A stretch of DNA of 64,000 bases from Nibricoccus sp. (GTDB lineage Bacteria > Verrucomicrobiota > Verrucomicrobiia > Opitutales > Opitutaceae): contig JASGHG010000001.1 in NCBI GenBank assembly GCA_047602425.1, positions 64,001-128,000 of the forward strand, written 5' to 3'. Positions 26,428-36,730 of this stretch are shown here, piece by piece; positions within the stretch are counted from its first letter, which is position 1, and the number at the start of each line of letters is the position of its first letter. The position numbers were made by a program, and so were the translations under genes. The notes under the pieces were generated by a model. That model searched no databases, had not been told where the DNA came from, and worked only from the letters and a program-made list of their open reading frames with translations.

Positions 26428-28794
26428 CTAACGCACGATCAGACCGAACGGCGTGTCGCTCAGATAGATTTTATAATCTTTGATTCGACCCGCGGCCTCC
26501 GGCTTGCCCCCGCGCGGCAAACAGCGAACGCCGCTCAGCCTGACTGTATCGCCCAGGTCGATAACCAGGCGGTGCGGTGGCGCGGCGGGAGACGGTGACA
26601 CCCCGGAATGCCAGCTCGAGGACGATTGTCCATCGAGCACATTGTCCGCTTCGCCGGAAAATTCCGCGGTTTCCTCACTGCTCGCCCAAAGCAATTTCCA
26701 TCCAACCTTCGAAACTGGCTTCCCATCCGTGTCGATAGCATCAAGTTCGGCCAGGGCGGCTACTGACTTGTCGCCGTGCGAACTCAACACCTCCACGCAC
26801 AAATATCGGCCGGTGGCTGCAGCCGCGAATTTCGCCCCGAGCCAGTCTGTTGAAATGGGGAAACTGCCGCTCGCGACGGGCGTAAGATTTTCGGTCACGA
26901 CTGCGCCGCGCGGACGTTCACGCCGCGCGAAATCCAACTCGGGATGCAACTCGTCGAGAATGGGTTTGCCCAATCCCGCGAGCCGCGGTTCGCGCGGGCC
27001 GATCAGGTCGAGCACCACGATTTCATTCGCCCCTGTACGCAGCCAGGGCCCCGGCAAATACATCGTCTGCGTCGGTCCAATATTCCAGAAACGCCCCAGG
27101 CAATGCCCGTTCACCCAAACCACGCCTTTACCCCAACTGTGCAGGTCAAGAAAGGTATCGCCTGCGTGGGGAATCTCGAACGTGCCACGCCAGAAGGCCG
27201 GACCACGCTTTTCGCGGACCGCGCTATATTTCAGCGCGGTCGGCGGCGTGTCACCCAATTGCAGCGGGAAAATTTCCCAGTTTTTCAATTCCATCGCGGG
27301 TTCGCGAGCTGCGCCAAACTCCACGGGCGCGTGCAGTCCTTTGCGATCATAGACTTCCACACCGAAATTCACCCGCCCCGCCGCCTCGATGACCATGTCG
27401 AGCTGTGCCGGCTTTTCCCGGGCTGGCAACTCCACGCGGTACCGCTTGGTCCTTCGGTCCATCACCCCGATCTGCTTGCCATCGACAAAGAGCCACGCGT
27501 AGTCATGTACAGCCTTCGCCGCGAGCACACCAGCCGGCCCGGCCGGCAATGTCGTGCGATAGACGATCACGCCCCGACTTTGGCCGTAAAACTCCATCGT
27601 GCGTGGCGTTTCGTCGTGCTGCACAGCGGGCAGGTTATCTAAAACCGGCGCCATTTCCTTCAATGCGAATGGAGCGATTTCAATCACCGGATTTGCCGCA
27701 GGCGGCAAAGGAAGTTTTTCGCCAGGCTCCAAGTACCGCGCCAGCACTTCACGCATTGCTTCAAACTTCGGCGTCACCCAACCGGCTTCGCTGATCGGCG
27801 CGTCATAATCGTAACTCGACGTGTCGGGGATGAAGGGCCGATCCGCACCCGACCAGAGGGCAAAACTCGTACCGCCATGCGCCATATAGATACTGAAGGA
27901 GTGACGATTTTTCAGCATGTAATCGAGATCGGCGACAATCGGTCCCGGCGCGCCGGTACGGTGCTTGCGCCCCCATACGTCGAACCACGCGGGATAATAC
28001 TCGCCGTTCATCAAGGGTCCGGTTTTTTGAAATTTCTTCAAGGTCTCGAATGCCTTCTGCGCCGCCCCCGCGCCGAAATTCACCACTTGAAAAAGATCAT
28101 CGCGATAGCCATTCGCGAGCGCGTTGGTGGGATTACAGGCAAACAGCGGCACATCGAAGCCCGCCTCAAGGAGGGTCTGCCGGAGTGCCCCCATGTACTC
28201 CACGTCCTTGCCGAATGAGCCGTACTCGTTTTCAACCTGAACCATCAGCAAGGAACCACCGCGGGTGATCTGCTGAGGCGCAAGCACACGACCGACTTCA
28301 TGCAGGTAACGTTTCGCCGGTTCTAAAAACTTCGGATCCGTTGAGCGCAGCGCAATTTTGTCATGCTTAACCAACCACCAGGGCAGTCCGCCCATCTCCC
28401 ACTCCGCGCAAGAATACGGTCCGGGACGCAAAATCACCCAAAGTCCCTCAGCCTGCGCCAACCGGCAAAATTCCGCAACGTCAGCCTGCCCGGTCCAATT
28501 GAAATGTCCTTCCTCCCATTCGTGGTAATTCCAAAACAAATACACGCAGACCGTGTTCAAGCCCAGCGCCCGGCACATCTGCAAGCGGTGCTGCCAATAC
28601 TCGCGGGGCACGCGCGGAAAATGAATTTCGCCGCAACGAATCACAAACGGTTTTCCATCGAGCAGGAAATCGGTCTCGCCAATGGCAAAGGTATGCTTTG
28701 CCCCCTCGGCTTGCACGACCGATACCGTCAACAAGAGACAAAGTGCAATGAAACAATGGCGAATGTTATTCGTGATCATAGGCGTGTGATTCAT
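26428..28794 (-). CDS. GH35 beta-galactosidase with C-terminal F5/8 type C (CBM32-like) domain
   Basis: GEIHFPR, LRPGPYSCAEWEMGGLPWW, QVENEYG, YMAHGGTSF, SYDYDAP; C-terminal NVLDG..WHS..IDLG; signal peptide. Start 28794 or 28779. Confidence 0.93.
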   Translation of the reverse strand: MNHTPMITNNIRHCFIALCLLLTVSVVQAEGAKHTFAIGETDFLLDGKPFVIRCGEIHFPRVPREYWQHRLQMCRALGLNTVCVYLFWNYHEWEEGHFNWTGQADVAEFCRLAQAEGLWVILRPGPYSCAEWEMGGLPWWLVKHDKIALRSTDPKFLEPAKRYLHEVGRVLAPQQITRGGSLLMVQVENEYGSFGKDVEYMGALRQTLLEAGFDVPLFACNPTNALANGYRDDLFQVVNFGAGAAQKAFETLKKFQKTGPLMNGEYYPAWFDVWGRKHRTGAPGPIVADLDYMLKNRHSFSIYMAHGGTSFALWSGADRPFIPDTSSYDYDAPISEAGWVTPKFEAMREVLARYLEPGEKLPLPPAANPVIEIAPFALKEMAPVLDNLPAVQHDETPRTMEFYGQSRGVIVYRTTLPAGPAGVLAAKAVHDYAWLFVDGKQIGVMDRRTKRYRVELPAREKPAQLDMVIEAAGRVNFGVEVYDRKGLHAPVEFGAAREPAMELKNWEIFPLQLGDTPPTALKYSAVREKRGPAFWRGTFEIPHAGDTFLDLHSWGKGVVWVNGHCLGRFWNIGPTQTMYLPGPWLRTGANEIVVLDLIGPREPRLAGLGKPILDELHPELDFARRERPRGAVVTENLTPVASGSFPISTDWLGAKFAAAATGRYLCVEVLSSHGDKSVAALAELDAIDTDGKPVSKVGWKLLWASSEETAEFSGEADNVLDGQSSSSWHSGVSPSPAAPPHRLVIDLGDTVRLSGVRCLPRGGKPEAAGRIKDYKIYLSDTPFGLIVR

Positions 28795-28901
28795 TGTGTT
28801 CGGAAACTTCCCCTCGCCAACGCGCAATTTTCTCTTCCGGTAAGAATATTTTTCCCTCGCGATACCCGATTTCCACGGTACCTCTGTTTGCACCACTCCC
28901 C

Positions 28902-30290
28902 ATGAAAATCACCCTGCAAGGCGCGGCCGGCGGCGAAGTCACAGGTTCCGCCTATCTCATCGAAACCAATCAAGCCAGAATTCTTGTCGATTGCGGCTTG
29001 TTTCAGGGCTCGCGCGAAGCCAGTGAACTCAATCACGCCGAGGTCGGCGCTCCCGGGCTGGACGCGGTGCTGCTCACCCATGCGCATCTTGACCATACAG
29101 GTCGCCTGCCGCTTCTAAATCATCACAATTTCACCGGTCCGATTTTCGCCACGCCGGCCACGATCGACATGACCGGTCTGATTCTGCGCGACGCCGCGAA
29201 GATCCAGGCGCAGGACGCCGACCGGCAAAATCGCAAACGGCTGCGCGCGGGCGAACCCCTCGTCGAACCACTCTACACCGCCGAAGAGGCCGAAAAAATC
29301 ATTCGCCTGCTCCGTCCCGTACCATACCTCCAGCCGGTCGCGGTCGCGCCGGGCATACAGGCTCGTTTTGCCGAGGCCGGCCACATGCTCGGCTCCGCCA
29401 GCATCGAACTGCAAATCGACGAGAATGGTAAACGCCGCACGGTGGTCTTTTCCGGCGATCTCGGCCCGAAAGGCGCATTGATCCTCCGCGATGCCGAACC
29501 ATTCGCCAAGGCCGACTTGTTATTTCTCGAATCGACCTATGGCGACCATGACCATCGCCCGTTTGCCGATACCGTGCGTGAATTCGTCGAAATCGTCAAA
29601 GAAGCTTCCGCCCAAAAAGGCAAACTTCTCGTGCCGACGTTCGCGGTCGGTCGCGCCCAAATGCTCACCGCATTGCTCGCCTGGATGTTTCGCCACAAAC
29701 ACGTCGCGCCCTTCCCTCTTTTCCTCGACAGTCCCATGGCGATCGAAGCCTCGGCCATCTACAACCGTCATACCGAACTCTTCGACGATGAGGCCATGGC
29801 TTTTCTTAAGGAAGGCCCCATTGCCAAGGACCTCGCCACGCTCCACTCGACCGTCACTCCCGAGGAATCGCGCCAAATCAACGATTGTCCCGGCCCTTGC
29901 CTGGTGATGGCCGGCGCGGGCATGTGCACCGCCGGTCGCATCCTACATCACCTGCGCCACAACCTTTGGAATCCCAACACTCACGTCCTGATCGTCGGCT
30001 ACCAAGGCCACGGCACACTCGGACGCCAACTGGTTGACGGAGCCAAAAAAGTTTCGATTTATGGTGAGCCTATCGCCGTGAAAGCGCGCATCCACACGCT
30101 CGGCGGTTTCAGCGCCCATGCGGGCCAGTCGGATTTGATGGCCTGGTTCGGCAAGCTCGCCGCTTCGAAACCCCGAGTCGTCCTCACCCACGGCGACACG
30201 GGCCCGCGCAACGCGTTGGCCAAGCTCATCGCCGAGCGCCACGGCATCACGCCTCAGCTGCCCAACGTGGGCGACACGATCACACTGTAG
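28902..30290 (+). CDS. MBL-fold beta-CASP ribonuclease-like hydrolase
   Basis: THAHLDHTG, AGHMLGS, FSGDLG, ESTYG, FSAHAG, THGD; start ATG 28902. Confidence 0.92.
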   Translation: MKITLQGAAGGEVTGSAYLIETNQARILVDCGLFQGSREASELNHAEVGAPGLDAVLLTHAHLDHTGRLPLLNHHNFTGPIFATPATIDMTGLILRDAAKIQAQDADRQNRKRLRAGEPLVEPLYTAEEAEKIIRLLRPVPYLQPVAVAPGIQARFAEAGHMLGSASIELQIDENGKRRTVVFSGDLGPKGALILRDAEPFAKADLLFLESTYGDHDHRPFADTVREFVEIVKEASAQKGKLLVPTFAVGRAQMLTALLAWMFRHKHVAPFPLFLDSPMAIEASAIYNRHTELFDDEAMAFLKEGPIAKDLATLHSTVTPEESRQINDCPGPCLVMAGAGMCTAGRILHHLRHNLWNPNTHVLIVGYQGHGTLGRQLVDGAKKVSIYGEPIAVKARIHTLGGFSAHAGQSDLMAWFGKLAASKPRVVLTHGDTGPRNALAKLIAERHGITPQLPNVGDTITL

Positions 30291-30327
30291 CCCACCTCTT
30301 CCGTACCCGGACGAGTGCCGTCTGCTA

Positions 30328-32463
30328 TCAACGCGCGGTCTCTGCCGTGGCGGAGTTCACCGGTACTAACCAGCGGCGATCGGTCGCAGCTTTGCCTAGA
30401 GCCGTGCGCGGACAGCGAATGACGAGCGTCTTGTAGAAAAGATCGGCACTCTGTGGATCACGTGCCGCGACCCACTGGCCCGCCACATTTAAAATCGTCG
30501 CAGTCAACTCGTCGTCATTTGGTAACAAGCCAGCCGCCAGCCATGCGAGTTCCGTAGCTCGGTAGCGATAGTGATAACGCCTAGACGGAATTTTCGCCTT
30601 CTGCGCACGATCAAGTTCATTACTCGATGGGCCGAAAATGCCATGACGTTTCCATAGGCTCTCCTCGTGTCCGTATTTCGCCATTACTGACCCTTGCCCA
30701 TCGTACGCCCGGTAACTCCAGGTAAGCGGCCACTGATAACTCCCATCCCAAATGGAATAGTCCGGCTCCAATTCCGTTCCTTGAATTTCCATTCCCAACA
30801 TTTGCACAAGCTTTGCTGCCTTCCAAAAAGATTCCGCCCGTGTTCGGGCCGACTGATCGAGGTCATAGGCCCTGCGTACCTCAGTCACATACAAATCAAA
30901 TGACGGCCTGAGTTTTTCTGGAAAAAATTCTGCCGCCTCATCGAACCTTCCGGAACGCACCAAACGCCGGGCCAACAGATATTGCAGGTCAAGGGGCTTC
31001 CATCGGCCTTTATCCTGGATGATACCTGGCCTTGCGGGTCGCTCTTCTCGGACAAATTTCAGCAGTTCGTCCACAGTCAACACATACTCTGCGACATAGG
31101 CCGCATCGCTCGCATGTCCTGAACCAAGAAAAAGGCGTAGTGCATCGGTGTATTTTTCCCGGCTCAACGCCAGTACGCCTCGAACACCACCCAGGTGCTT
31201 CATAGGCGCGGTACGCAAAGGTTGTTGCTCCATCTCCCCGTAGCACTCCCACCGACTAGAATCATATTCGATACCACCAATCACAGAATCCTTAGAAAAA
31301 TATCTGGATGCGTTGGCCATGTGTTCCGCTGCATCGTCGGTCTTTCCGGATCGCAGCAACAGCATCGCTCGCACCCACTCGCTCGTCGGCGTGTCCTTGG
31401 GCGCAAGTTCGGCAAAGTGTTGCGCATCCTCCCAAAGGCCGGCTTGATAAGCCACCCAGCAATAACGGTCGGCTTCATTCGCTGCCAGTTCCTGATCCGC
31501 CATTTCGCGCAATATGCGAAGCCATCCAGTCAGATGCTGCGCAGAATCTGCGTTCGACCAGTGCAATCGTGGACCGCCCCTCGCCGCAAACCACGCCGCA
31601 ACGACGCCCCGCAATTCCTTCTCCGCTGCAATTCGCCTCAATTGGTAGTCGGAAGCCGGATACGGTTTAATTTCCCGGATCAAGCCTGTGGAACCTTGCC
31701 CGCCATTCTCAATGATGTCAGGCGTTCCTTGAAAGACTCGTTGCAGAGTGAATTGCAGCGACGCGAGCGCGGTCGAATCTCCGTGCGCGAACTGTTTGAA
31801 ATACAATTTCAACGCAGTTGCATAGTCGCCGCTGCGGAAATAAGTGCGTGCATCCCAGCCTAAACTCGCCATAAACAACTCCTGACTATCTGCAAAACCC
31901 TGCTCGGCCGCCTCTCGCGCCAGAGCCATTGCTTCACGTGCCTTTGCTGGTTCCGTCGCCCACAGCATTCTTCCAATCATATACGCCGCCCAAACCGTCC
32001 GATACCGGCGTTGCTCCGGTGGAAGGGCCAGTAAGTCACGCCAGACTTTTTGCGCATTGCCGTAATTTTCCGCATGCCACTCGTTGGCTCCTTCTGCATA
32101 CATCGCAAATTCTCGTGGCAACTCCGCCGCAGGCTGTTCTCGCCGATACGATTTCACCGACTCCTCGATTTTATCGGGTGCCAAGCCGACTTTTCTCAAA
32201 GCCTCTCTGACTTCCGCAATCTCCGCTTCGGCCAGACGCTTCTTTTCCTCGTCCGGCGTCCCTCGCTTCGGCGGCGCTGAAGGCAGAAGACGAATCAATT
32301 CCCGCTCGAAACTCAGCGTTGGCAACGAGGAAAGCTCGTCGACCGAGTTGGATAGAAAGCTGTTGGGAAAGTCTGGCCCGCAGCCGTGCGTGTCCGGAAG
32401 CGTTGGCGCGCTCCAGAGACCTAAACCAGCGACCAGAAACATAAATCGTCGAACTTGGTTCAT
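30328..32463 (-). CDS. Secreted TPR-like all-helical protein (partner of DUF3142)
   Basis: Signal peptide then CGPDFPN; helical repeats; C-terminal RYHYRY..A; start ATG 32463, 14 bp after the DUF3142 stop. Confidence 0.75.
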   Translation of the reverse strand: MNQVRRFMFLVAGLGLWSAPTLPDTHGCGPDFPNSFLSNSVDELSSLPTLSFERELIRLLPSAPPKRGTPDEEKKRLAEAEIAEVREALRKVGLAPDKIEESVKSYRREQPAAELPREFAMYAEGANEWHAENYGNAQKVWRDLLALPPEQRRYRTVWAAYMIGRMLWATEPAKAREAMALAREAAEQGFADSQELFMASLGWDARTYFRSGDYATALKLYFKQFAHGDSTALASLQFTLQRVFQGTPDIIENGGQGSTGLIREIKPYPASDYQLRRIAAEKELRGVVAAWFAARGGPRLHWSNADSAQHLTGWLRILREMADQELAANEADRYCWVAYQAGLWEDAQHFAELAPKDTPTSEWVRAMLLLRSGKTDDAAEHMANASRYFSKDSVIGGIEYDSSRWECYGEMEQQPLRTAPMKHLGGVRGVLALSREKYTDALRLFLGSGHASDAAYVAEYVLTVDELLKFVREERPARPGIIQDKGRWKPLDLQYLLARRLVRSGRFDEAAEFFPEKLRPSFDLYVTEVRRAYDLDQSARTRAESFWKAAKLVQMLGMEIQGTELEPDYSIWDGSYQWPLTWSYRAYDGQGSVMAKYGHEESLWKRHGIFGPSSNELDRAQKAKIPSRRYHYRYRATELAWLAAGLLPNDDELTATILNVAGQWVAARDPQSADLFYKTLVIRCPRTALGKAATDRRWLVPVNSATAETAR

Positions 32464-32477
32464 CTTGAAATTTAGAG

Positions 32478-33770
32478 TTAAGGATTGTCCTTGACGGAAA
32501 CTTCCACGTCTCGGCTCAACCGCAACCAGCCGATCTTCAACGTGTCCCCCGGCTGCAGTGACAGCCGGATCTCTTCCAACGGAGGGTGGAGATAAACTCC
32601 ATTTTCGCCGCGATGCTCCAAGCGCCATCCTTTGATCGTGTCGCTGGCCACAAGGCTGGCTGAGTTCCACTGCAGGGCTATCGCTTCCCGTGCGATCCAG
32701 CGGTCGGTACCTTCGTTTTTCAACACGAGATCGCACGCCCCATCGTGGTTACGCGGCGTTTCCATCTTCAGCTTAACCCCCGGAGTCCGACCTTTCATCA
32801 CTTCGGCCAGAGTCGCCCAGCGCCAGCAAAGCTCGTCCTTTCCCGTCGGAAAACGGAACCAGCTGATCCCTCCACAGTATTCGACACGCTCTTTTGAGAG
32901 AAATCGAACAACGTACGCGACCTCCGATGTTTCGGCCCAAATTTCACGCCGTCGCATGCCTGGCGACCATTCCGTTGCAGGCCCCTCCGCTTCAAGACCG
33001 ATAAATTTGCTGCCGAAAGAATCAAACAGCATGCGATAACCGTAAGTCGGCAAAGCGACACGGAATGGCCGGCCAAAGGTCGAAGCCTTGCGGATTTGCC
33101 GACACGCTCCTCCCGCTGAGCAGAGGCTGATCGGATCGCTGATATTCTTCGGTTTTTCCAACGAGTGTACCTGGAGAACATAACCATCCACGCACTGTAA
33201 CAGTCCGGGAAATTCATGGCTTTGCATCCACGTCGGCAAGGTCGTAATTACGAGTTTTACCGAACCAATCCTTTCCCTGATAAACAGCAGCAGGCGCGCG
33301 TAACTCTGGAGCTGCGTTGTTGATGCATCGAAATCGATCTGCAACTCAGCCACACGAATACCTTGCTTAGCCGCGGCGTCGATAGCGCGTTTGCACGCCG
33401 ACAGAATCAGCCCCGACTCAAACGAATCATTGCGAAACTCGCTCTTGCACGACCCAATTCTCACCACCAAGCCAATATCCCCTTTGAACCGCGAAAGCGT
33501 TTCCCATTGGGGATCCACCGTAAAAATTATTGGCTTTCCCTGAAAACTGATTTCCGCAGCAAACACGTCCAGCGCCGAAAATTCCTCCGCGTGCTCAGCC
33601 AGACTGCGGCACAAGGCCGATGTCCACACCCGTTGCCAGATGTATGCCCAGTGTGAAACGCCTTGCGTACCGCCCGTCTCTAAGCCGGCGCCACGGACAT
33701 CCATTACCTTCACTAGACAACTAATCAGAAGGAAAATAACGAGCCGGAGGATGGTGGACCCGCGTTGCAT
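32478..33770 (-). CDS. DUF3142-like protein (putative TIM-barrel hydrolase)
   Basis: YIWQRVW, LQIDFDA, ITTLPTW, YVLQVHS, VALPTYG, SWFRFP; signal peptide. Confidence 0.75.
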   Translation of the reverse strand: MQRGSTILRLVIFLLISCLVKVMDVRGAGLETGGTQGVSHWAYIWQRVWTSALCRSLAEHAEEFSALDVFAAEISFQGKPIIFTVDPQWETLSRFKGDIGLVVRIGSCKSEFRNDSFESGLILSACKRAIDAAAKQGIRVAELQIDFDASTTQLQSYARLLLFIRERIGSVKLVITTLPTWMQSHEFPGLLQCVDGYVLQVHSLEKPKNISDPISLCSAGGACRQIRKASTFGRPFRVALPTYGYRMLFDSFGSKFIGLEAEGPATEWSPGMRRREIWAETSEVAYVVRFLSKERVEYCGGISWFRFPTGKDELCWRWATLAEVMKGRTPGVKLKMETPRNHDGACDLVLKNEGTDRWIAREAIALQWNSASLVASDTIKGWRLEHRGENGVYLHPPLEEIRLSLQPGDTLKIGWLRLSRDVEVSVKDNP

Positions 33771-33896
33771 TCGCTCGGTTGAATCTGGTAGCCCAATTCA
33801 GCAACAGTCAGACGCAACAGCAACGCGAAAGACAAAATCTTTGCTACCAGCCGTGAGATTCAGTGCACAAGAGGAGCCCGCGCCGTGGCCATTCAA

Positions 33897-36698
33897 TCAT
33901 TTCCCAAACTGAAAGCTCATCCTGCCACGGTATTCTTCCCGCAAGGGTTGTAGCTGGCTTTGCGGTCCGTGCGTTTCAGCAGGCTGGAATTTTTCGCCCA
34001 TCGCTGGGATCACGTGGAGAAAGGCCAGCCCGGCCTGCGGCACTTGAATCGCCGAGGCTTTCTGCAACTCCGCCGGAGGAAATGAGGGCGTGAGCACTTG
34101 CACGTAGAGATCGTCGGTGTGAACGACTGTCGTGATCGTGCCTTCGCGCGTTTCCAACTGCAACCAACGCACTCCGGCAAAAAAGCCTTTGAACTCCGGG
34201 TAAACCCAACCGAAATAGCCCGTGATCGTATCGTTGTAGTCGTTGGCCCACGCCCCGAGTGTCACGCCGCGCCGGCGATTCTGCCACACGCGGTAAGGCC
34301 CTTCGCCCACCCAGCGTTTCGACTTAACCAACTCCTCGGGATAATCGAAACAAACACCGAGGTATGGCGATGGCTTTTCTGCAGTGTACGTATATTCGCA
34401 ATTCACCCAGCCATTCGGCCTGACACGCCACGTTACGGATTTCAACGCGCCCGAATACGTGCAAGCAACGACCACTTCGCCGCCCTCGCCCCAAGTGGCC
34501 GCGATCTTTTCCAGCTTCGCTTCACCCACCGCCAACCGGGGGCCGTTACTCAGCGAGAAGGGAACTCCGCCGTGCCGCACATGTTGGAGCTGTCCCGTGG
34601 TTTTTGAAAATTCGACCTGTAAATCGCCACCTTTGACTTTGATTGCTTCGTCCGATCCAGACCATTCTGCCCGCGCACTGTAGGCCGACATTTCCGCGAC
34701 GCCACGGTCGAATCCGAGCCCGGGGAACGGCCAGGTCATTGTCCACACCTCCCGACCTTGGGGATCCTCGACCCGAAGCGCCAGCACATGGGCATCGCGC
34801 CACTTTCCAGGAAGATCGAGTTTCAGCGTCCCGCGCTGGCCTGGCATGATCGACGGGGAAACCGCCACGCCTTTGGCGACGATTTCAGAAACAAACGATT
34901 TCGCTCCCGGCAAAGGCATGCGCAACAATTCCCAACTGAATTTGCAGGCCGACGTATTCGTGAAGCTGTATCGGTTTTCCAACGACAGCGTGCCGTCCCA
35001 GTTTTCTGGCAACTCGCGTTCTTTTACTACAATGGAAGACCAAAGCTCCTTGATCGTGTAGAAGCTCGCTTCTTTTTCGCGGTATGGTCCGAGAATACCA
35101 TCAGGCGCGGCGTTGCCTTGCAGGTCGAGCTTGCCAGTGTCGGGGCGTTTCACCCCTTCGTCGACCAACGCCCAGATGAAACCGCCGCCCGTGTACGGCG
35201 ACGTACGCATCATGTTCCAATAATCCTCCATCCCGGCGCCCGCGCCACCATCGTAGAGGCCGTGGAGAAATTCCGTCGGCATATAGATGAACGGTCCTTT
35301 CTCCGTCAGAGGGCGTCCGTCGCGGTGCTTCTCCAAAAAACCACCTTTTGCCATGAGCACAGTATGTTCGTAGTTGCGATAGTGCGACGTATTGATGCCT
35401 TGATACAAATCCCAGGGATGAAGCACCGGACGCTGCTGCGGATCCCACTTCGCATAATCGGCGTCGAGCGCCGTCTGCCAGCCGCCTTCGTTGCCATTGT
35501 CCCAAAATAAAATGCTCGGGTGATTCACGTCGCGTTGCAGCATCTCCGCCACAAGTGGACGCCCCGCCTCCGCGCTATAGAACTTCTGCCAGCCCGCCAG
35601 TTCGTCGAGCACGTAGAGACCGAGTTCGTCGCAGAGTTCGAGGAAGCGCTTGTCCGGCGGATAATGCGACATGCGCACCGCGTTCATATTCATTTCCTGC
35701 ATCAGCCGGATATCCTCGCGATGATCTTTCTCCGCGAGACAGCGTCCCGACTCCGGATGAAACGAATGCCGATTCGCGCCCTGCAAAACGATGCGCTGGC
35801 CGTTGAGATAAAATCCTTCGCCTTTGCGCACTTCGAAGGTTCGAAATCCAAACCGTTCACGCAGGCTGTGCGTTGTCGACCCACCGGCCCGGAGCTCAAA
35901 ATCTACAAAATACAAATTCGGCGTTTCCGCAGTCCAAAGGTTCGGTTTCGCAATCACAGAATTCACCTGCACGCTTTCGCCGTCGCCGATTTTCGCGGTG
36001 AAGGGCTTTCCCACCGGCCTGCCATCCAACTGTCTCACCTGCGCAACCACTTCTTCGGCGCTGCCCGAGCCATTGATGAAGACATTTGCGCTGAAACTGC
36101 CGTTGGCCCGGGCATCGATAGCGACCCGTTCGATAAATTGCGCCGGCGCCATCTCCAGCCAGACCGGACGGAAAATCCCGCCAAAATTCCAATAATCTCC
36201 CGTGCGCTCCGCGCGGTTGACCGATGCATCCGACGAGGTCTCCGCAACTGTCACTTCGAGTTGGTTCGGTTTGTCGAAGTGAATCAACGACGTGATCTCG
36301 TATTTGAACTCGTAAAAACCGCCCCGATGAGTCGGGCCGACTGGCTGACCGTTGAGCTTGGCGGTGGTATCGGTCATCGCTCCCCCGAACACGAGGAAAA
36401 CACGCTGGCCCGCCCAGCTTGTTGGGACGGTAAACGCGTGGCGATATTCACCGACGTCGGCCGGGCTGTCCTTATGGTAACTCAACGTGCCAAAGCCGTG
36501 CATTTCCCAATTCGAGGGCACAGGAAGCGTCGACCATTCGCCCGCTGGTTTGCCATCGGTCGCACAACGAAAATCCCAGCGTACCGCATCATCGCGATCA
36601 TGGCCGGAGAGGTAGATGCGCTCGGTTTGGGTTCCGGCGTGCAAGAGAACGGCGCTCAACAAGAACAGAGCGATTTGAGAAACGGGGATTTTCGTCAT
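33897..36698 (-). CDS. GH2 glycoside hydrolase (beta-galactosidase-like)
   Basis: VPSNWE, GGIFRPVWL, FGFRTF, GANRH, NAVRMSHYPP, NHPSILFWDNGNE, TEF.H; start ATG 36698. Confidence 0.92.
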   Translation of the reverse strand: MTKIPVSQIALFLLSAVLLHAGTQTERIYLSGHDRDDAVRWDFRCATDGKPAGEWSTLPVPSNWEMHGFGTLSYHKDSPADVGEYRHAFTVPTSWAGQRVFLVFGGAMTDTTAKLNGQPVGPTHRGGFYEFKYEITSLIHFDKPNQLEVTVAETSSDASVNRAERTGDYWNFGGIFRPVWLEMAPAQFIERVAIDARANGSFSANVFINGSGSAEEVVAQVRQLDGRPVGKPFTAKIGDGESVQVNSVIAKPNLWTAETPNLYFVDFELRAGGSTTHSLRERFGFRTFEVRKGEGFYLNGQRIVLQGANRHSFHPESGRCLAEKDHREDIRLMQEMNMNAVRMSHYPPDKRFLELCDELGLYVLDELAGWQKFYSAEAGRPLVAEMLQRDVNHPSILFWDNGNEGGWQTALDADYAKWDPQQRPVLHPWDLYQGINTSHYRNYEHTVLMAKGGFLEKHRDGRPLTEKGPFIYMPTEFLHGLYDGGAGAGMEDYWNMMRTSPYTGGGFIWALVDEGVKRPDTGKLDLQGNAAPDGILGPYREKEASFYTIKELWSSIVVKERELPENWDGTLSLENRYSFTNTSACKFSWELLRMPLPGAKSFVSEIVAKGVAVSPSIMPGQRGTLKLDLPGKWRDAHVLALRVEDPQGREVWTMTWPFPGLGFDRGVAEMSAYSARAEWSGSDEAIKVKGGDLQVEFSKTTGQLQHVRHGGVPFSLSNGPRLAVGEAKLEKIAATWGEGGEVVVACTYSGALKSVTWRVRPNGWVNCEYTYTAEKPSPYLGVCFDYPEELVKSKRWVGEGPYRVWQNRRRGVTLGAWANDYNDTITGYFGWVYPEFKGFFAGVRWLQLETREGTITTVVHTDDLYVQVLTPSFPPAELQKASAIQVPQAGLAFLHVIPAMGEKFQPAETHGPQSQLQPLREEYRGRMSFQFGK

Positions 36699-36730
36699 GG
36701 GCTTTCTGAAACCGAAATCTAAAACCAAGT

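Noticed and set aside
32464..32736. Upstream extension of the 802-aa ORF (similar extensions at 36699-37061 and 38414-38557)
   Set aside because: They overlap the preceding same-strand genes; signal peptides mark the downstream starts.
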